From: an uncultured Verrucomicrobiae bacterium
GTDB taxonomy: Bacteria; Verrucomicrobiota; Verrucomicrobiia; Chthoniobacterales; UBA10450
Assembly: GCA_963735805.1 (NCBI GenBank)
Contig: CAVTMK010000002.1
Span: forward strand, 1,216,001 to 1,280,000
Length of the DNA stretch: 64,000 nucleotides
Direction: 5' to 3'
Below are positions 30,554-41,138 of this stretch, piece by piece; positions within the stretch are counted from its first letter, which is position 1, and every line of letters starts with the position of its first letter. The translations under genes were made by a program, and so were the position numbers. The notes below the pieces were generated by a model. It did no database searches. It was not told where the DNA came from and worked only from the letters and a program-made list of their open reading frames with translations.

Positions 30554-31339
30554 TCAGCCGATCAGTTCCACTGGATCGCCTTTGCGCACTATCCCTTCCA
30601 CAAGGACAGCCCCATAGACGCCAGCCATCCCTTGGTGAGCTTGCGCAACCTTTTTCAGTATCACCGGCGTTTGTTCTCCGGTGTCCGGATCGAGGGTGAT
30701 TATCACGCAGCGCGAGTCGCGTTCCAGAATTGCGATGATTGCCTTTGGTCCAATGCGCACCGATCGGCCAACAAATTCGTTTTCAGCGAAGCCTTCGGCA
30801 GACATTAAGTCTACATAGACGTTTGCCCGAAAACGCCGTTTATCCACGCGCACACCTGTCTCTTCAGCAAGTTGCTGCACCGATTGCAGACTAAAGAGCG
30901 ACACTGGGCGGCAATCCGTCATGGCTCGCTGGGATTGCATCAGGGTAAGCGTATGCTTTGGATCGATATCCGCTCGAAGCATGTCGATCAGAGCGGGTTC
31001 ATCGATCGCGAGCTTGTCTCCATCGGGAGTCTCAACGTCGACCACTAATTCTGCAAGGTTGGCCAAAAGAGGATTCGCGCCTTTGCTTTCCGCCTCGATC
31101 AAATTAAGGGGTCTCGCCGCTTTGTCAGTATAACGAAAGCGTGGACGATACTGCAGAAGTCTTCGCTGGTCGCGAGCTGTGAAATATGGGAAGCCCTCGT
31201 GATTCGCCGAACTTTTGAAGGCAAACACTCGATCGCCATAAATTCCGGAATAACTGGCAAAAGCTTCATCCAATTCCTCGCCGCGCATACTTTTGACGGG
31301 GTAACGCCAAAGGCTGTCGACTTTGCCAATGACACTCAT
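30554..31339 (-). CDS. MOSC domain protein
   Basis: LWRYPVKSM, RRFRAN, RC...T.DPDT, G.VRKGD. Confidence 0.9.
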   Translation of the reverse strand: MSVIGKVDSLWRYPVKSMRGEELDEAFASYSGIYGDRVFAFKSSANHEGFPYFTARDQRRLLQYRPRFRYTDKAARPLNLIEAESKGANPLLANLAELVVDVETPDGDKLAIDEPALIDMLRADIDPKHTLTLMQSQRAMTDCRPVSLFSLQSVQQLAEETGVRVDKRRFRANVYVDLMSAEGFAENEFVGRSVRIGPKAIIAILERDSRCVIITLDPDTGEQTPVILKKVAQAHQGMAGVYGAVLVEGIVRKGDPVELIG

Positions 31340-31368
31340 GAACCTAATGTCTCATCAGCGCGCAACGG

Positions 31369-31444
31369 TGTAGCCACGGTGCTGCGTCGCCGTGTTCGCG
31401 CGGGCAACAACGCTTAAGCGCCTCGACACAGCGAGGCGACTACA
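31369..31444. repeat. GTAG-tagged REP doublet
   Basis: Copy of the 16755-16826 element. Confidence 0.75.
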
Positions 31445-31486
31445 ACGATTGCGAGATGCATTCGGGGTTTCTATCGGACTCAATGG

Positions 31487-32062
31487 CTACTTGCTTGGTT
31501 CTGTACGCTTCATCAACTCGTTAGCCGGCAAACTGGGATCAAGAACCTTGCGCGCAGTCTCGACGCCGGATACGGGAAGCTTTGTGGAATCGAGTAATCC
31601 GATCTGGGCCAGTACCGATGCCTGGTCCCAGTAAATATGCTCGTGGGCAAGCTTGTGTTCTTTAAATCGCACGATCGCAACCAGCGGAACCTCGACGCGT
31701 TTTCCCGTGGGAGCGACGCCCGGCAACATCCAATCCATTCGGATCGTGTGCGTAAACTTGAATATCATTTCATCCACCAATTGGTTTTCACCGATGGTCC
31801 GCGAGACAGGCGTCATCTCCGTGTCCGGCGGCATCTGTGGAATAAATCGTTTCGAGTAGAATTCGCGCAATTCATCCTTGCCTACACCACCCGTGAGCAC
31901 TGGAATGTGATTTACGTAAGCGTCTTCGACCATGGTGGCGAGCGTCTCCTCCGTGTTGCGGGTGGAAAACTCATAACGGACATGATCTTCCCAGAGGTGG
32001 CTCAGAGTCTTCTGCGCGGACGTGAGATTTGGGTTTTCCTCTTTCTGTTCGGAGTTGGACAT
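31487..32062 (-). CDS. SnoaL/ester cyclase-like protein
   Basis: YVNHIP..TGG.G, SRTIG...VDE, HEHIYWDQASVL. Confidence 0.85.
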   Translation of the reverse strand: MSNSEQKEENPNLTSAQKTLSHLWEDHVRYEFSTRNTEETLATMVEDAYVNHIPVLTGGVGKDELREFYSKRFIPQMPPDTEMTPVSRTIGENQLVDEMIFKFTHTIRMDWMLPGVAPTGKRVEVPLVAIVRFKEHKLAHEHIYWDQASVLAQIGLLDSTKLPVSGVETARKVLDPSLPANELMKRTEPSK

Positions 32063-32178
32063 GGTTCTCCTCCTTCTCGTTTTGGCGAAGCGCGACTTTA
32101 AAGCTACGAACGCTCACGAAAGAAACCAAGGCGATACTTGGCTGCTTCGGTAACAAGCTGCCCGCTAAGCGAAAAGAC

Positions 32179-32865
32179 TTACTTCTGATCGACAAAAGTC
32201 ACAGCGCCCGTATCCAGGCTGTAATAGCCGCCAATTACCTGAATCTCGCCGGAATCAACTCTGGCTTTGAGAATTGGCGTGGATGAACGCAGCTGGCCTA
32301 CCACGTGTTTGACGTTCGCTTTTATTGTCGCGTCCAGGTCCTCCTTCGCTGTGGCTTCGACTGCAGGCTTGATCGCCGTGACTAGCGATTCGATATGCCC
32401 GGGCGCGGTGCCTTTAGCAGCAATCGTCTGCTTTGCTGCTTCAACAGCACCGCAACGCTGATGTCCCAGCACCACAATCAGGCGGGTCCCCAAATGATCA
32501 ACCGTGTATTCGAGGCTTCCCAATCCTTCATCGTTGATCACATTTCCCGCAACCCGAACGATAAATAAGTCACCGAGCCCCTGATCGAAGATGATCTCGG
32601 GCGGGACGCGAGAATCAGAGCAACTGACGATGGCGGCGAACGGATGTTGAGTTTTTGTCAGTTCAGTGCGCCGCTCCGTCGTTTGCCCGGGATGTTGCAG
32701 ATTGCCGCCGGTGTAGCGGCCATTCCCTTCCTTCAGTTTGGCGAGTGCTTCCGCCGGAGCTACTGACGGCTGATCCGAATGGCCGGGATCGGCACCTTGT
32801 GCAAACTGGTTCATCACAACCAAACTAGCGAGGGCGAAACAAGACGCGAGATGTGCTTTTTTCAT
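32179..32865 (-). CDS. Beta-class carbonic anhydrase, exported
   Basis: CSDSRV, RVAGN, GHQRCGA. Confidence 0.92.
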   Translation of the reverse strand: MKKAHLASCFALASLVVMNQFAQGADPGHSDQPSVAPAEALAKLKEGNGRYTGGNLQHPGQTTERRTELTKTQHPFAAIVSCSDSRVPPEIIFDQGLGDLFIVRVAGNVINDEGLGSLEYTVDHLGTRLIVVLGHQRCGAVEAAKQTIAAKGTAPGHIESLVTAIKPAVEATAKEDLDATIKANVKHVVGQLRSSTPILKARVDSGEIQVIGGYYSLDTGAVTFVDQK

Positions 32866-32927
32866 TTTCCATTTATGAAGGAACTGGACTGTTCAATCAA
32901 TTCGAAAATGACGCGATTGTCTGTTTT

Positions 32928-33311
32928 CTAAAGATTGTACGCGAGCTTGTGAGTCGGCTGATACAGCTGGATGTCATCCGCGCCGGGCACGATCATCATG
33001 ATTACGCGGCCGTACTCGCGTTGCTCGATGGGACCTCGGAATTGTGCTCCTTTCGTCCGCAGTTCGCCGACCGTGGCATCGATGTCGTCACACATCAATG
33101 CGATCGAGTGATGCCGCGTGAAGTCGTAGGATTTGCCTTCCCATTTGCTGTGAGTCGGGTGCACGCCCAACTCGCTCGGCCCAGATTTGAAAATGAGCCA
33201 GTCATTGTCGAAATCTTCTGCGACGTACTTCCATCCAAGGACGTCACGGAGAAACGCACGGGTTGCGTTGGCATCGTCGGAATAAATCAACGTGTGAATT
33301 GAAGTAATCAT
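32928..33311 (-). CDS. VOC/glyoxalase family protein (possible distal cassette)
   Basis: AFLRDVLGW, LMCDDIDATV.EL; R-box ATCTAAC at 33344 upstream. Confidence 0.85.
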   Translation of the reverse strand: MITSIHTLIYSDDANATRAFLRDVLGWKYVAEDFDNDWLIFKSGPSELGVHPTHSKWEGKSYDFTRHHSIALMCDDIDATVGELRTKGAQFRGPIEQREYGRVIMMIVPGADDIQLYQPTHKLAYNL

Positions 33312-33354
33312 GCTGCTATCAGTTTGTTGTTGCTATTGAGCGCATCTAACGCGG

Positions 33355-34176
33355 CTAAGCCTTGCGGCACCACGCCCCGACAGATGCAAACCAGCACGCA
33401 ACAGTCTTCGATTCTGCAACCTGGGTCTGCAGCCTGTGCACCAGGGTGTCAAGGCTACCCAACGACTCGATGGGCAAACGCAACTGCTCTATCTGCGGTC
33501 GCAAACTGCACAAGGTATCGTAATACCACTGTGCAAGGTACGGCTCCTTTCCCATGGGCAGTTCCATGCGCATGGTAGGCGCGCGCAATCCGGCTTCTAC
33601 GAATGTGTGGTACAGGTCCGTTCCCATGTCGTGATTGGCAGAGGCGCGCATTGCCTTGTCAATGAGAGAGGCCGTCGCGAACCAAAGAGGCAGCTGCGCC
33701 AAATGCGCGAGGACCGGGACCCAGCATGGTTCCTGGAAAACAAACACTCCTCCCGGCCGCACCACTTGTGAAATCGAGCGCAACGTTGCGACCGGATCAG
33801 GAAGGTACATCAGAATAAAACGGCCCACCGCCGCATCGAAAGGCTGTTCGTCGAGGATCTCGTTCACATTCGATTCGTTGAAGCTTACGTTGTGAAAGCC
33901 GGCCTCAGTCACGCGAGCACTTGCCTTGGCAATAGACCTCGGGTCCCGCTCGATGGCCACAACCTGACCCGAAGGACCCACCAGTCGGGCTGCTAGCATT
34001 GCAACGTCTCCTGCCCCCGATCCGAGATCCAGAACACGTTGCCCGAGTCCAATGCCCGCATCACGAAAGAATCTTTCGGTGATCGGAGCGACACGCGCAG
34101 CTTGCCGGATCAGACGCTCGTGCTCGGCGTCGGTGTGGCCCAGTGGGTAATCAGAAGAGCGATGGGTCGTTGTCAT
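33355..34176 (-). CDS. Class I SAM-dependent methyltransferase
   Basis: RVLDLGSGAGD, FDAAVGR. Confidence 0.88.
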   Translation of the reverse strand: MTTTHRSSDYPLGHTDAEHERLIRQAARVAPITERFFRDAGIGLGQRVLDLGSGAGDVAMLAARLVGPSGQVVAIERDPRSIAKASARVTEAGFHNVSFNESNVNEILDEQPFDAAVGRFILMYLPDPVATLRSISQVVRPGGVFVFQEPCWVPVLAHLAQLPLWFATASLIDKAMRASANHDMGTDLYHTFVEAGLRAPTMRMELPMGKEPYLAQWYYDTLCSLRPQIEQLRLPIESLGSLDTLVHRLQTQVAESKTVACWFASVGAWCRKA

Positions 34177-34388
34177 GGGGACTTCTTGATCGCAAATGAT
34201 TTCTTCTTTGCGACGAGGTTTTTCAAGGTTGCATAAGCTGGCGTGTAACCGGGATCAATGCGAATTGCATTCCGCATTTTGAGCGGAGACGCGCCAGTGA
34301 AACTAAAAACCGACGCGCCCCCAGTAGCGTCGAGGCTACCAAACTCACAACCCGGCAGTCAATGAAAGAATTATGCTCCAGCGATTGG

Positions 34389-35228
34389 TTAGGTCTGGTT
34401 TCGAAAGAGTCGTGTCCTTGACTTGCCCAACGCGAGCCAGGGCACGTCGTCGTAAGAATTCGTCACCACCCATGCGGCGGCTGTCAACGCCCAAGAGACA
34501 ATAAACTCAGCCCATTGGGACGCGTTCGCGCCCGCCGCCAAGATCGGGATCCACACCAAGAGTGTGAATAGACCCATCTGCAGCGTCGCCAGCATGGCCG
34601 CCAGTCTCGCGTAGATACCGATCACGATCGCCAAGCCTGCCGCGATGAAGGTATAGCCCGTGAAATACGCCCAACCCACATGGGCTGGCAACCAGCCGGG
34701 CACCAAGTCAGCCGTTACCTTGAGATAGATGAAATGGGCCACGCCAAACGGGATCAACGCCAGGCCGAAGAGCGCCCTCGCGATGCGCATGCCATTTTCG
34801 CCGGTGGCAAACTTGAAATACCGCCTGTCCCAGTCACGCGCGAACCAGGTATACAGTACCCAGGCTGCTCCAGTCATTACCGCGGTCTGGCAACTTGCCC
34901 ACCACACGTCCACCGTGGGCGAGATGAAAATGAGTGGCACTCTCATCGCCAGCAACCAAAGCAGTAGATAGATGAGCAGCACGCGCGCAGCGGCGGCTGA
35001 TGCGCGTTGCCACAACAAGCCTATCCCTGACGCCAGCGGAATAACGACACAAAGAAAGGTCAGTACGCCGCGAGCCGGCATACTTTTGGGTACCGGCTGC
35101 CATATGGGCGTGAATTTACCTCTGATCAGGCCCAGGATTCCCAGGGCAATCATGGTCACCGCAAAGGCAACATGACTTGCGCTTGCGATGCGAATGCCTC
35201 TTCCTCCGTTGGTTTGCTGCATAGTCAA
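34389..35228 (-). CDS. DoxX-like membrane protein (cassette)
   Basis: HF.Y..TA.LVP.WLP motif; stop lies in R-box GTTAGGT 34388-34394. Confidence 0.75.
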   Translation of the reverse strand: MTMQQTNGGRGIRIASASHVAFAVTMIALGILGLIRGKFTPIWQPVPKSMPARGVLTFLCVVIPLASGIGLLWQRASAAAARVLLIYLLLWLLAMRVPLIFISPTVDVWWASCQTAVMTGAAWVLYTWFARDWDRRYFKFATGENGMRIARALFGLALIPFGVAHFIYLKVTADLVPGWLPAHVGWAYFTGYTFIAAGLAIVIGIYARLAAMLATLQMGLFTLLVWIPILAAGANASQWAEFIVSWALTAAAWVVTNSYDDVPWLALGKSRTRLFRNQT

Positions 35229-35234
35229 ATCGCG

Positions 35235-35258
35235 GCCTAACGAGAAGAAGAGTTAGGC
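35235..35258. other. Collapsed attC (R boxes only)
   Basis: GCCTAAC-GAGAAGAAGA-GTTAGGC. Confidence 0.6.
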
Positions 35259-35463
35259 AAAATATGACCCAAAAAGGTCGCGGCAATAAACTTCAAGCTG
35301 CGTAGAGTTGAAACATGCACACGACGGACAGACAGCCATGACTTACCGGCGTTCGAGGCCAGGCTCAGGCGATCTTAGTTGCACCCCAGCACGGCCGGAT
35401 CCACCACCAAATATACCAAGAACGGCGGTAACATCATCAGCTATCGCCCGAGCCAGCCCTCAA

Positions 35464-35997
35464 TCAATAACCGGTTGGCGAGGCTTTGGTGTTAGCTACC
35501 CGTTGCAGTTCTTCCCCACTGACCTGTACGACATTGTCCGTGCGGACATGCGCCCCGGCCCAAGCGGTGCTGTCATCAACTTCGATCCAGCGACCGGGCA
35601 GACGACTTCCGGTGAACGGCGGCACCCATATCCGGTGTGTACCTTTCGTTACGGTTACGGACGCGCGCGTTTGTTTGAGCTCAAAATTCAGGTGTGTCGA
35701 TTCACCTGGTTCGAGCGTCGTATTATTAATGGAACCCTTCACAGCACCATTTACAACCAGCGTTACCCGGTAATTGCCCGCCGCGAGACCCTCTAAACTG
35801 TAACGGCCGTTTACATTCGTTTTAGCCGTTGTGAGCAATCTGCCAGTGTTTGTCGCTTCAATCCGGATGTCCGCGCCTTGAATCGGATGCCCCTTAGCAT
35901 CCTTGACGATTCCCTGCAGGACGGAATTCGCCGCCCATGCACTTGCGACAAAAAGCATGACCCCAGTAAAACCAATCCAAATAGATTTGATAAGCAT
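35464..35997 (-). CDS. Carboxypeptidase-regulatory-like domain secreted protein
   Basis: LQGIVKDAKGHPI.GA, GRYSLEGL.AG.Y; start chosen at MLIKS. Confidence 0.7.
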   Translation of the reverse strand: MLIKSIWIGFTGVMLFVASAWAANSVLQGIVKDAKGHPIQGADIRIEATNTGRLLTTAKTNVNGRYSLEGLAAGNYRVTLVVNGAVKGSINNTTLEPGESTHLNFELKQTRASVTVTKGTHRIWVPPFTGSRLPGRWIEVDDSTAWAGAHVRTDNVVQVSGEELQRVANTKASPTGY

Positions 35998-36235
35998 ATA
36001 AAGAAAGAGGGTGGCAACGTGGCAAACGAACAATATCCAGTTCGCCAATTTCGATGTGGCCAGTTTGCGTGTTAACTGGTTTTGTTCGGATGCGGCTTTT
36101 AGGTTGCCTATTGACGGCAGCATCTCATCTTGAGAAAGCATTCACTGGATGCAAAAGTGGTATTGAAAAATGAATGGCGCGATTTACGGCCGCACGGTCT
36201 CATCGGTCCCGAGGCAGCGTCGGCGTCGTTTAGTC

Positions 36236-37801
36236 ATGTCGTTTGAAATGGTGCGGCTGGATCGCGCGTCGTCGGAGCCGCTTTACCAGCAACTCTATCG
36301 TCAAATACGAGAAGAACTTGAGAGCGGCAGTTTTGATTCAAGCGCTTCTCGTTTGCCTTCCTCACGAGTTCTCGCTGCAACTCTTGCGATTTCGAGACCG
36401 ACCGTAAACCAGGCGTTCTCAAAACTGCTTGCGGAGGGCTATCTTCAAGTCCGGAAACGATCTGGTATCTTTGTGGCCGATCATTTACCGGCAACTTTTC
36501 TGAAGGCCGCGAGGCTGACGGCGACGGCACGCATCGAGCATTCTCCGCGTGTCGCACGGCGAGTAACCAGAATGACTGATTTTCGCAGGGGCCGACAACT
36601 CGATGTTGGCATTGGCGGACCGCCGTCCGTTACATTCGTCGCGGGGTTGCCGGCCGTGGATGAATTCCCGATTGCTGTTTGGGAACGCTTGCGCGAGCAG
36701 GTCTTGGCAAAGAAGGGAGCGCACCTATTGCGTTATGCCTCGAGCCGTGGCGAGATCGAACTGCGGAAGGCGATCGCTGCTTACTTGTGCGACTTTCGTG
36801 GCGCCAATTGTCATCACGACCAAATCGTAGTCGTAGGCGGTATGCAACAGGCGATGCTGGCATGCGCGCTCGCATTAATCAATGAGGGTGAAGTGGCCTG
36901 GATCGAAGATCCCGTCTTCCATCAGGCACGTAATGTCCTGGCTTTTGTCGGGGCGAAAACGGTCCCGCGCCCGATCGATCGTGAAGGTCTGGTAATCGGG
37001 AAGTGCTCGCGGCAAAATTCTCCCAGACTCATTCTTGTCACACCGTCGCATCAGTTTCCCCTGGGTGTGACGATGAGCTTGAAGCGGCGGAAAGCTTTGA
37101 TCGAGTTCGCGGAGTCGCGCGACGGCTACATCCTGGAGGATGATTATGATTTCGAGTTTCGTTTCGATGGGCCGCCGCTGCCATGTCTTCAAGGTTTGGA
37201 CCATGCCGGACGGGTGATCTATTCCGCCAGTATGAGCAAGATCCTCTATCCATCGCTGCGTATCGGTTTTCTGGTCGCACCGCCACAGCTTGTTGACACT
37301 CTGGTCAAGGTGCGCGCTATCATGGACCAACACTCCCCGGCGATCGATCAAGCCACTCTGGCGCAGTTCATCACCGAAGGATTTTTCCTCAGTCATGTGA
37401 AACGGATTCGCGAAATCTATGCGAAGCGACGCGTATTCTTTATCGAACAATTCCAAAAATGGCTGGGCGACTATTTCGTTCTGGAAGTGACGCCAGCCGG
37501 TTTACACTTTATCGCCTGGCTGCGGCGCGAGGAAGATTTCCCCTTATTCATGCGTGCTCGTGAGCAAACTGGCGTTTGGGCCCGCCCTCTTTCTTTCTTC
37601 TGCATCAAGGCTCAGTTGGATCCGGCATTCGTGTTTGGATTCGCGGCCTGGTCGCACGCGCAAATTGAACAAGGCTTGGCGAAACTAGCGTCGGCGGTTA
37701 AGCAAATGAAGCGGCGTGGCGCGGAAAATGGTTCATCGTTTCAAATCCGCCCTACCTCACCTGTTACGAGTCCATACTGGCCGCCGACAGCTATCCGATA
37801 A
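36236..37801 (+). CDS. MocR/GabR family PLP-dependent transcriptional regulator
   Basis: PLYQQLY, RLPSSR.LA, VTPSHQFPLG, ILEDDYD, SMSK. Confidence 0.92.
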   Translation: MSFEMVRLDRASSEPLYQQLYRQIREELESGSFDSSASRLPSSRVLAATLAISRPTVNQAFSKLLAEGYLQVRKRSGIFVADHLPATFLKAARLTATARIEHSPRVARRVTRMTDFRRGRQLDVGIGGPPSVTFVAGLPAVDEFPIAVWERLREQVLAKKGAHLLRYASSRGEIELRKAIAAYLCDFRGANCHHDQIVVVGGMQQAMLACALALINEGEVAWIEDPVFHQARNVLAFVGAKTVPRPIDREGLVIGKCSRQNSPRLILVTPSHQFPLGVTMSLKRRKALIEFAESRDGYILEDDYDFEFRFDGPPLPCLQGLDHAGRVIYSASMSKILYPSLRIGFLVAPPQLVDTLVKVRAIMDQHSPAIDQATLAQFITEGFFLSHVKRIREIYAKRRVFFIEQFQKWLGDYFVLEVTPAGLHFIAWLRREEDFPLFMRAREQTGVWARPLSFFCIKAQLDPAFVFGFAAWSHAQIEQGLAKLASAVKQMKRRGAENGSSFQIRPTSPVTSPYWPPTAIR

Positions 37802-37803
37802 AA

Positions 37804-39057
37804 TTAGAAAGATTTGCGGACGCAACCGCTGGCTTGCGGCTCATTCGCGAAGCGCGCCGCCGTCCAATTGAAGAGCTGCTCTTCGAGCGGCGTCCCATGC
37901 AGCACAATCGTCAAGTGGTCGCGCCCCTTAAATGTCCAATACTCGAGTCGTTGACCGGCAGAGCAGCGCTCTTCGACGTACGCGTCAGTGGCAGACGACG
38001 GCACGACGATATCCGAGAGGCCTTGTGCGATTACGACAGGTGCCTTGATTGGCCCGTCCGGCGTGTTCTGTTCGAGCCGGGCTTGAAGCGCTTTGTTAGA
38101 ACTCGTCGCCAATGCTGGTCCGTCGAACGTAGCTGCCAGTGCGCCGATGCGTTCCGCATCATTTGCCGGGACGAAATCGCATAAGTTTACTATCTGACGC
38201 GCAGCATCGAGCGCCGCGGGCCGAAGGGCTTTCTCAAATATGATGTCCGGGTAGAACCGGCTGTACGACAACGCGAGATATGGCCCAAACCGCTTGTCCG
38301 CCTCGACGTTCATCGCGAGAATGTTCTTGATGTTTGCGGGCGGTGCGATTGCCGCGACTCCAAGGATTTCGAGCTCCGGCGCGTAGCGCGGCGCAACAAT
38401 GCCGCTCCAAAGAGCGGCGTGTCCCCCTTGGGAGTAACCCCACACCACCATGCGTTTGTCGAGGGTAAGCTCGGACATCTGCCGCGCGGCACGGACCGAA
38501 TCGAGCACCGCACGGGCTTCGCCCTCGCCGATCAGGTAGGGATGCGGGCCACCCTTTTCTGCGAAGGAGTAATCTGTCGCGACCACGACCCAGCCAGCCG
38601 CAACGATCCGGTCACGCCAGGGGATGCCCTTGCTCGGCATCGACAAAAGGGACGGCATGCATTTCTGCAGCAAGCCCGTCGTGGCGTGCTCCCATGCGAT
38701 GACAGGGCGCGGGCCTGCTGGAGGATTGGTCGGCGCGAACACTATCGCGACCGCCGTCGCTGGCGTGTTGTCGTCGACAGTGGTTGCATAAAGGATGCGC
38801 CAGCCTCGGGTGCCGGCTGGCAGTATCACGTCTTTGAGCGGCTCGCTCCGCAGTAACGCGCCAGGCTGGCGCGACGCGTCCGACGGTGGATCGTAGAATG
38901 CATCTGGCGCGTACGCAGTGATGCTCGCGCCAAACGCCTGGGGTGTCGGCGTACTGCTCGCCTCTGACGAAGATAGTTTGCGTCGATTGCAGCCAGCTCC
39001 GGAGAGCAAAACAAGCAGCACCGCGCAGCCAATCGAGCGGAGTCCGGCAATGTTCAT
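37804..39057 (-). CDS. Secretory lipase (LIP family) lipoprotein
   Basis: LSGAGC lipobox, ATDY, GYSQGG nucleophile. Confidence 0.85.
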   Translation of the reverse strand: MNIAGLRSIGCAVLLVLLSGAGCNRRKLSSSEASSTPTPQAFGASITAYAPDAFYDPPSDASRQPGALLRSEPLKDVILPAGTRGWRILYATTVDDNTPATAVAIVFAPTNPPAGPRPVIAWEHATTGLLQKCMPSLLSMPSKGIPWRDRIVAAGWVVVATDYSFAEKGGPHPYLIGEGEARAVLDSVRAARQMSELTLDKRMVVWGYSQGGHAALWSGIVAPRYAPELEILGVAAIAPPANIKNILAMNVEADKRFGPYLALSYSRFYPDIIFEKALRPAALDAARQIVNLCDFVPANDAERIGALAATFDGPALATSSNKALQARLEQNTPDGPIKAPVVIAQGLSDIVVPSSATDAYVEERCSAGQRLEYWTFKGRDHLTIVLHGTPLEEQLFNWTAARFANEPQASGCVRKSF

Positions 39058-39110
39058 AAGGCACTTCTCCTGGCAACCTGTGATCCGCTATCCATCGATC
39101 CAGCAAGACG

Positions 39111-39167
39111 ACCTAATGAGAATCGAGCAGATTGGGAATCTGCGTCGGCTTCATCGATTGCTTAGCG
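39111..39167. other. Degenerate attC with truncated ATCGAGC module
   Basis: ACCTAATGAGA-ATCGAGCAGATTGGGAATCTGCG...GGCTTCATCGATTGCTTAG. Confidence 0.6.
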
Positions 39168-39194
39168 ATGCTTTCATCTCGCAGTACTGTGTCA

Positions 39195-39977
39195 TCAGAA
39201 TATCTGATGGGTCATCACACCACCGTCCACGAGAAGGTTCGCGCCTGTGATCCAACGCGCAGCGGGTGAAGCCAGAAATAAACACGCATCCGCCACATCT
39301 TCGGGAAGCCCCAGGCGTTTCAGCGGCGCGGTTTCTTTCCAGCGTTTCACTCCGTCGGGCCAATCTCGCTCCAAACCTTCACGCCAGATCAAGCCCGGCG
39401 CGACTGCATTGACGCGAATACCATGCGGCGCGAGCTCGCACGCCGACGCGCGGGTGAACATTAGCACGCCGCCTTTCGCCGCATTGTAGTGGCTGTGATT
39501 CGGCGCCGGGTTTTCCGACTCGATCGACGTGATGTTAACAATCGCGCCATCGTTTTGTTCTTTCATCACCTTTGCTGCCGCTTGTGTACAAAGAAACACC
39601 GAACGCAAATTGGCGTCCACAACGTGGTCCCATTCATCGGGCGTCATCTCCAAAACGCTGTGAAGCGGATAAGTTCCCGCGTTGTTGATGAGCACGTCTA
39701 ATCGCTCAAATTGCTCGACCGCGCGCTTGATGAGGCGTGCCGCGTCTTTCTCTTGGGTCAGGTCGCCCTGCACGGCAATGGCATTGCCGCCGCGCTCTTG
39801 AATCTGACGCGTCACCTTCTGCGCGCCAGTCTCGCTCGAATTGTAATGCACAATCACGCCGGCGCCCGCTTCGGCCAACCGCCGGGCGATACCTTGTCCC
39901 AAGCCGCTGCCAGCCCCCGTAACAAGCGCGATCTTGCCACTGAAATCGAACAGAGATTTAACGGGTGGAATGTCCAT
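39195..39977 (-). CDS. SDR family oxidoreductase (FabG-like)
   Basis: TGAGSGLG, NNAG, YNAAK, VDGG. Confidence 0.9.
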   Translation of the reverse strand: MDIPPVKSLFDFSGKIALVTGAGSGLGQGIARRLAEAGAGVIVHYNSSETGAQKVTRQIQERGGNAIAVQGDLTQEKDAARLIKRAVEQFERLDVLINNAGTYPLHSVLEMTPDEWDHVVDANLRSVFLCTQAAAKVMKEQNDGAIVNITSIESENPAPNHSHYNAAKGGVLMFTRASACELAPHGIRVNAVAPGLIWREGLERDWPDGVKRWKETAPLKRLGLPEDVADACLFLASPAARWITGANLLVDGGVMTHQIF

Positions 39978-40069
39978 AGTCCATAACCGTTCGGTTTGAT
40001 CTAACACAATGCCGCTGGGACGACTTCTTGCACGGGAAAGAGATCGGCTGGTGAGATGCAACACTCGAA

Positions 40070-40981
40070 CTACGGGCGCGGCGCGGGCGTCGGTTGACTC
40101 CTTGGTGTTGGCGCAACTTTCGGTGAGGGTGCGTTACTCTTCCCGGGAAGGTCTTTCTTCAACTCATCGGTGATTCTTTCTTTCACCATGTTTTTAATGG
40201 CATCGCTAAACGAAGGTGACGCAGTAGCGCTCGGTTGAGGTGCTGGCGTCGCTCTGTTCTTATCAACCGACCGCAGGATAGCCGGCGCGAAAATCACTGA
40301 CACAATGGCAAGTATCAGGAGTAACGCCGCGATGATAAAAATCGCGATCGGAACCGGTGAAAGTCCTTTGCGCCTTGTCGCGCCATGCGCGGTGTGTCGT
40401 GCCCCGGCGACACACGACGGGGGCGCTGGATTGCCAACCGTCTCGGCATAAAGGTTGACTAACGAAACAACAACTCCGTGTTTCACTTCCACATCGCCTA
40501 GTTCGTGCAGGTAAGGTTGCCAACGACGATGCTGTGCCAGATCACCCGCGAAGCGTTTGCTCACCAGAATGTGACCCGCGTCGCCGCAATCCATCACCCG
40601 ACGCGCGACATTGATTCCCACTCCGGAAATGTTTTCGCGCGTATTAGCATCCCTGATGTGTTGCACCGGCCCACTGTGGATTCCCATCCTTACCGGCAGG
40701 CTCGGTTGCGCGCGAAGAGCTCGACTGACTTCCAGAGCGCATTCGGCAGGTCCCTCTACTGAACCGGTGAAAGCCAGGGCCATGCCGTCGCCGGTCGGCA
40801 AAATAATCAGCTGGCCTGCTGCTTCTGCTTCACGCACTGCTTCGGTGTTACGGACAATCTGATTCAATTCCTGGAGCGCTTCTGATTGTTCGTCGGTCAG
40901 CAGCTTGGAATACTCGACGATATCGATGAACAAGACATGCGCGATCTCCAGGCGCGGCTTGGTTTTCTCATCCTCCTCCAT
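40070..40981 (-). CDS. Class III adenylate/guanylate cyclase domain membrane protein
   Basis: LFIDIVEYS, TGDGMAL, VRMGIHSG, IN.A.RV. Confidence 0.85.
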   Translation of the reverse strand: MEEDEKTKPRLEIAHVLFIDIVEYSKLLTDEQSEALQELNQIVRNTEAVREAEAAGQLIILPTGDGMALAFTGSVEGPAECALEVSRALRAQPSLPVRMGIHSGPVQHIRDANTRENISGVGINVARRVMDCGDAGHILVSKRFAGDLAQHRRWQPYLHELGDVEVKHGVVVSLVNLYAETVGNPAPPSCVAGARHTAHGATRRKGLSPVPIAIFIIAALLLILAIVSVIFAPAILRSVDKNRATPAPQPSATASPSFSDAIKNMVKERITDELKKDLPGKSNAPSPKVAPTPRSQPTPAPRP

Positions 40982-41138
40982 TGGCGGGAAACGTTAAGCG
41001 CACTCCGTCGACCGCTCTAGACGATTTTTTCGTCCGCCATTTCGCCGCTGGCAGGTTTGCGAAGAACGGCCCTTACGATCTAACGAGAGTCGAGCAGATT
41101 GGGAATTCGTGAGATGGACGGGACAGCCAGGATTGGGG

